Position numbers and translations under genes: made by a program
The notes under the pieces: model-generated
The model's database searches: none
What the model saw: only the letters and a program-made list of their open reading frames with translations
Told to the model about the DNA's origin: nothing
Origin: Utricularia gibba
Taxonomy: Eukaryota; Plantae; Magnoliophyta
Reading direction: 5' to 3'
Assembly (NCBI GenBank): GCA_002189035.1
Contig: NEEC01000261.1
Location: 1-27,933 of the forward strand
Length of the DNA stretch: 27,933 bases
Shown here: piece by piece, positions 21,701-27,933 of the stretch
Layout: every line of letters begins with the position of its first letter
How positions within the stretch are numbered: position 1 is the stretch's first letter

Positions 21701-24700
21701 CCTTGAAAAACCATGTAGGCAGCCCCGAAAACCGAACGATAATAAATACATCACTTTATTTGCCGGACTACAACTAACTCTCGGTGCAAGCCAAACCTTA
21801 CCTTTGTCCCGTTCCAGGTGCACCCAAAGACCGCCTGCTCAAGTATAAAGTAAGTTGTTGAAAAAATCATGTGGGGTGCACGTGATATCGCAATTTAAAC
21901 AAATGCAACATTGTATTCATCGATTTGCATCCTTTTGTCCTCATGAGCCATAAAGAATCGCGGGCCCGGACCAAGTTCCTAGCGAGACTGGCCGCCACAA
22001 AACGAGAAGCTGTTCCTTGAAAAACCATGTAGGCAACACCGAAAACCGAACGTTAATAAATACATCACTTTCTTTGCCGGGCTACAACTTACTTTGGGCC
22101 AAGGCCTAAGCTGATCTTTTTCCGGTTCCAAGTGCACCCAAAGACCGCTTCTCATGTATAAAGTAAGTTGTTGAAAAAATCATGTGGGGTGCACGTGACA
22201 TCATAATTTAAACAAATGGATCATTTTTTTTAATCGATTTGCATCCAGTTGACCTCATGAGCCATACAGAATCGGGGTCAAGGACCAAGTTCCCAGCGAG
22301 ACTGGCCGCCACAAAACGAGAAGCGGTTCCTTGAAAAACCATGTAGGCAGCCCCCGAAAACCGAATAATAAATACATCACTTTATTTGCCGGACTACAAC
22401 TAACTCTCGGTGCAAGCCAAACCTTACCTTTGTCCGTTCCAGGTGCACCCAAAGACCGCCTGCTCAAGTATAAAGTAAGTTGTTGAAAAAATCATGTGGG
22501 GTGCACGTGATATCGCAATTTAAACAAATGCAACATTGTATTCATCGATTTGCATCCTTTTGTCCTCATGAGCCATAAAGAATCGCGGGCCCGGACCAAG
22601 TTCCTAGCGAGACTGGCCGCCACAAAACGAGAAGCTGTTCCTTGAAAAACCATGTAGGCAACACGAAAACCGAACGTTAATAAATACATCACTTTCTTTG
22701 CCGGGCTACAACTTACTTTGGGCCAAGGCCTAAGCTGACCTTTTTCCGGTTCCAAGTGCCCCCAAGACCGCCTCCTCATGTATAAAGTATGTTGTTAAAA
22801 AATCATGTGGGGTGCACGTGACATCGTAATTTAAACAAATGCATCATTTTTTTTAATCGATTTGCATCCAGTTGACCTCATGAGCCATACAGAATCGGGG
22901 TCAAGGACCAAGTTCCCAGCGAGACTGGCCGCCACAAAACGAGAAGCGGTTCCTTGAAAAACCATGTAGGCAGCCCCCGAAAACCGAACGATAATAAATA
23001 CATCACTTTATTTGCCGGACTACAACTAACTCTCGGTGCAAGCCAAACCTTACCTTTGTCCCGTTCCAGGTGCACCCAAAGACCGCCTCCTCAAGTATAA
23101 AGTAAGTTGTTGAAAAAATCATGTGGGGTGCACGTGATATCGCAATTTAAACAAATGCATTGTTTTAATTTTGCATCGATTTGGTCCTCATGAGCCATAA
23201 AGAATCGCGGGCCCGGACCAAGTTCCTAGCGAGACTGGCCGCCACAAAACGAGAAGCTGTTCCTTGAAAAACCATGTAGGCAACACCGAAAACCGAACGT
23301 TAATAAATACATCACTTTCTTTGCCGGGCTACAACTTACTTTGGGCCAAGGCCTAAGCTGACCTTTTTCCGGTTCCAAGTGCCCCCAAGACCGCCTCCTC
23401 ATGTATAAAGTATGTTGTTAAAAAAATCATGTGGGGTGCACGTGACATCGTAATTTAAACAAATGCATCATTTTTTTTAATCGATTTGCATCCAGTTGAC
23501 CTCATGAGCCATACAGAATCGGGGTCAAGGACCAAGTTCCCAGCGAGACTGGCCGCCACAAAACGAGAAGCGGTTCCTTGAAAAACCATGTAGGCAGCCC
23601 CCGAAAACCGAACGATAATAAATACATCACTTTATTTGCCGGACTACAACTAACTGGGCAAGCCAAACCTTTTTCCGTTCCAGTGCCCCAAAGACCGCCT
23701 GCTCAAGTATAAAGTAAGTTGTTGAAAAAATCATGTGGGGTGCACGTGATATCGCAATTTAAACAAATGCAACATTGTATTCATCGATTTGCATCCTTTT
23801 GTCCTCATGAGCCATAAAGAATCGCGGGCCCGGACCAAGTTCCTAGCGAGACTGGCCGCCACAAAACGAGAAGCTGTTCCTTGAAAAACCATGTAGGCAA
23901 CACCGAAAACCGAACGTTAATAAATACATCACTTTCTTTGCCGGGCTACAACTTACTTTGGGCCAAGGCCTAAGCTGACCTTTTTCCGGTTCCAAGTGCC
24001 CCCAAGACCGCCTCCTCATGTATAAAGTATGTTGTTAAAAAAATCATGTGGGGTGCACGTGACATCGTAATTTAAACAAATGCATCATTTTTTTTAATCG
24101 ATTTGCATCCAGTTGACCTCATGAGCCATACAGAATCGGGGTCAAGGACCAAGTTCCCAGCGAGACTGGCCGCCAAAAACGAGAAGCGGTTCCTTGAAAA
24201 ACCATGTAGGCAGCCCCCGAAAACCGAACGATAATAAATACATCACTTTATTTGCCGGACTACAACTAACTCTCGTGCAAGCCAAACCTTACCTTTGTCC
24301 CGTTCCAGGTGCACCCAAAGACCGCCTGCTCAAGTATAAAGTAAGTTGTTGAAAAAATCATGTGGGGTGCACGTGATATCGCAATTTAAACAAATGCAAC
24401 ATTGTATTCATCGATTTGCATCCTTTTGTCCTCATGAGCCATAAAGAATCGCGGGCCCGGACCAAGTTCCTAGCGAGACTGGCCGCCACAAAACGAGAAG
24501 CTGTTCCTTGAAAAACCATGTAGGCAACACCGAAAACCGAACGTTAATAAATACATCACTTTCTTTGCCGGGCTACAACTTACTTTGGGCCAAGGCCTAA
24601 GCTGATCTTTTTCCGGTTCCAAGTGCACCAAAGACCGCCTTCTCATGTATAAAGTAAGTTGTTGAAAAAATCATGTGGGGTGCACGTGACATCATAATTT

Positions 24701-27700
24701 AAACAAATGGATCATTTTTTTTAATCGATTTGCATCCAGTTGACCTCATGAGCCATACAGAATCGGGGTCAAGGACCAAGTTCCCAGCGAGACTGGCCGC
24801 CACAAAACGAGAAGCGGTTCCTTGAAAAACCATGTAGGCAGCCCCGAAAACCGAACGATAATAAATACATCACTTTATTTGCCGGACTACAACTAACTCT
24901 CGGGCAAGCCAAACCTTACCTTTGTCCGTTCCAGGTGCACCCAAAGACCGCCTGCTCAAGTATAAAGTAAGTTGTTGAAAAAATCATGTGGGGTGCACGT
25001 GATATCGCAATTTAAACAAATGCAACATTGTATTCATCGATTTGCATCCTTTTGTCCTCATGAGCCATAAAGAATCGCGGGCCCGGACCAAGTTCCTAGC
25101 GAGACTGGCCGCCACAAAACGAGAAGCTGTTCCTTGAAAAACCATGTAGGCAACACCGAAAACCGAACGTTAATAAATACATCACTTTCTTTGCCGGGCT
25201 ACAACTTACTTTGGGCCAAGGCCTAAGCTGACCTTTTTCCGGTTCCAAGTGCCCCCAAGACCGCCTTCTCATGTATAAAGTAAGTTGTTGAAAAAATCAT
25301 GTGGGGTGCACGTGACATCGTAATTTAAACAAATGCATCATTTTTTTTAATCGATTTGCATCCAGTTGACCTCATGAGCCATACAGAATCGGGGTCAAGG
25401 ACCAAGTTCCCAGCGAGACTGGCCGCCACAAAACGAGAAGCGGTTCCTTGAAAAACCATGTAGGCAGCCCCCGAAACCGAACGATAATAAATACATCACT
25501 TTATTTGCCGGACTACAACTAACTCTCGGTGCAAGCCAAACCTTACCTTTGTCCCGTTCCAGGTGCACCCAAAGACCGCCTGCTCAAGTATAAAGTAAGT
25601 TGTTGAAAAAATCATGTGGGGTGCACGTGATATCGCAATTTAAACAAATGCAACATTGTATTCATCGATTTGCATCCTTTTGTCCTCATGAGCCATAAAG
25701 AATCGCGGGCCCGGACCAAGTTCCTAGCGAGACTGGCCGCACAAAACGAGAAGCTGTTCCTTGAAAAACCATGTAGGCAACACCGAAAACCGAACGTTAA
25801 TAAATACATCACTTTCTTTGCCGGGCTACAACTTACTTTGGGCCAAGGCCTAAGCTGATCTTTTTCCGGTTCCAAGTGCACCCAAAGACCGCCTTCTCAA
25901 GTATAAAGTAAGTTGTTGAAAAAATCATGTGGGGTGCACGTGACATCATAATTTAAACAAATGATCATTTTTTTTAATCGATTTGCATCCAGTTGACCTC
26001 ATGAGCCATACAGAATCGGGGTCAAGGACCAAGTTCCCAGCGAGACTGGCCGCCACAAAACGAGAAGCGGTTCCTTGAAAAACCATGTAGGCAGCCCCCG
26101 AAACCGAACGATAATAAATACATCACTTTATTTGCCGGACTACAACTAACTCTCGGTGCAAGCCAAACCTTACCTTTGTCCCGTTCCAGGTGCACCCAAA
26201 GACCGCCTCTCAAGTATAAAGTAAGTTGTTGAAAAAATCATGTGGGGTGCACGTGATATCGCAATTTAAACAAATGCAACATTGTATTCATCGATTTGCA
26301 TCCTTTTGTCCTCATGAGCCATAAAGAATCGCGGGCCCGGACCAAGTTCCTAGCGAGACTGGCCGCCACAAAACGAGAAGCTGTTCCTTGAAAAACCATG
26401 TAGGCAACACCGAAAACCGAACGTTAATAAAATACATCACTTTCTTTGCCGGGCTACAACTTACTTTGGGCCAAGGCCTAAGCTGACCTTTTTCCGGTTC
26501 CAAGTGCCCCAAGACCGCCTCCTCATGTATAAAGTAAGTTGTTAAAAAAATCATGTGGGGTGCACGTGACATCGTAATTTAAACAAATGCATCATTTTTT
26601 TTAATCGATTTGCATCCAGTTGACCTCATGAGCCATACAGAATCGGGGTCAAGGACCAAGTTCCCAGCGAGACTGGCCGCCACAAAACGAGAAGCGGTTC
26701 CTTGAAAAACCATGTAGGCAGCCCCCGAAAACCGAACGATAATAAATACATCACTTTATTTGCCGGACTACAACTAACTCTCGGTGCAAGCCAAACCTTA
26801 CCTTTGTCCCGTTCCAGGTGCACCCAAAGACCGCCTGCTCAAGTATAAAGTAAGTTGTTGAAAAAATCATGTGGGGTGCACGTGATATCGCAATTTAAAC
26901 AAATGCAACATTGTATTCATCGATTTGCATCCTTTTGTCCTCATGAGCCATAAAGAATCGCGGCCCGGACCAAGTTCCTAGCGAGACTGGCCGCCACAAA
27001 ACGAGAAGCTGTTCCTTGAAAAACCATGTAGGCAACACCGAAAACCGAACGTTAATAAATACATCACTTTCTTTGCCGGGCTACAACTTACTTTGGGCCA
27101 AGGCCTAAGCTGACCTTTTTCCGGTTCCAAGTGCCCCCCAAGACCGCCTCCTCATGTATAAAGTAAGTTGTTAAAAAATCATGTGGGGTGCACGTGACAT
27201 CGTAATTTAAAAAATGCATCATTTTTTTTAATCGATTTGCATCCAGTTGACCTCATGAGCCATACAGAATCGGGTCAAGGACCAAGTTCCCAGCGAGACT
27301 GGCCGCCACAAAACGAGAAGCGGTTCCTTGAAAAACCATGTAGGCAGCCCCCGAAAACCGAACGATAATAAATACATCACTTTATTTGCCGGACTACAAC
27401 TAACTCTCGGTGCAAGCCAAACCTTACCTTTTTCCGTTCCAGGTGCACCCAAGACCGCCTGCTCAAGTATAAGTAAGTTGTTGAAAAAATCATGTGGGGT
27501 GCACGTGATATCGCAATTTAAACAAATGCAACATTGTATTCATCGATTTGCATCCTTTTGTCCTCATGAGCCATAAAGAATCGCGGGCCCGGACCAAGTT
27601 CCTAGCGAGACTGGCCGCCACAAAACGAGAAGCTGTTCCTTGAAAAACCATGTAGGCAACACCGAAAACCGAACGTTAATAAATACATCACTTTCTTTGC

Positions 27701-27933
27701 CGGGCTACAACTTACTTTGGGCCAAGGCCTAAGCTGATCTTTTTCCGGTTCCAAGTGCCCCCCAAACCGCCTTCTCAAGTATAAAGTAAGTTGTTAAAAA
27801 AATCATGTGGGTGCACGTGACATCATAATTTAAACAAATGGATCATTTTTTTTAATCGATTTGCATCCAGTTGACCTCATGAGCCATACAGAATCGGGGT
27901 CAAGGACCAAGTTCCCAGCGAGACTGGCCGCCA

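Larger units (their letters stand above)
1..27933. repeat. Tandem satellite DNA array: ~45 copies of a ~629-bp A+B dimer (~90 monomers of ~315 bp), all in one orientation, open at both window ends
   Basis: TTTAAACAAATG recurs at 1, 315, 628, 935, 1250, 1563, 1879, 2192 and onward. A-to-A spacing is 628-629 bp in clean regions (1250->1879, 11157->11785->12414). No unique sequence interrupts the array apart from short garbled patches made of repeat fragments. Confidence 0.97.
1..27933. other. Possible centromeric or pericentromeric satellite (inference)
   Basis: A long homogeneous array, a nucleosome-sized ~157-bp base unit and higher-order structure are typical of centromeric satellites. Location and CENH3 binding cannot be seen from sequence. 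Confidence 0.4.

Noticed and set aside
48-27576. Dozens of similar 60-140 aa ORFs, mostly on the minus strand (e.g. ...VSCSPANKVMYLLSFGFRGLPTWFFKE...)
   Set aside because: They are translations of the same repeat in shifting frames. Their lengths depend on homopolymer indels, stops recur in every dimer, and I recognise no domain.
1-27933. Rolling-circle concatemer of a ~629-nt circle (viroid-like RNA, Obelisk, plasmid, eccDNA)
   Set aside because: Linked haplotypes and a shared 17-bp deletion indicate multiple templates. I found no hammerhead core (CUGAnGA...GAAA) in the consensus, no unit-wide rod-like self-complementarity and no rep ORF. It is not formally excluded without library information.
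1-27933. CRISPR array
   Set aside because: There are no unique spacers between short repeats; the entire unit repeats.

Overview
The whole 27.9-kb window is one head-to-tail tandem array of eukaryote-style satellite DNA (about 45% GC by hand count of the first 300 nt) that continues past both ends. I found no credible gene, RNA gene, CRISPR array or transposon. Two related monomers, A (~313-314 bp) and B (~315-316 bp), are roughly 87% identical by hand alignment and alternate almost strictly, giving about 45 copies of a ~629-bp A+B dimer. Each monomer is itself an old, diverged duplication of a ~155-159-bp subunit, so the hierarchy is ~157 -> ~315 -> ~629 bp. A monomers fall into two linked haplotypes plus mosaics. 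A central zone (~12.66-18.76 kb) has truncated, duplicated and half-register chimeric units. Those chimeras, and single-base gap alleles falling on polymorphic sites, suggest the sequence is a noisy long-read consensus, so fine detail needs checking against raw reads. All listed ORFs are repeat-derived frameshift fragments. I cannot identify the organism or satellite family, and a centromeric role is inference only. The best candidate for novelty is the nested repeat architecture, not a coding system.
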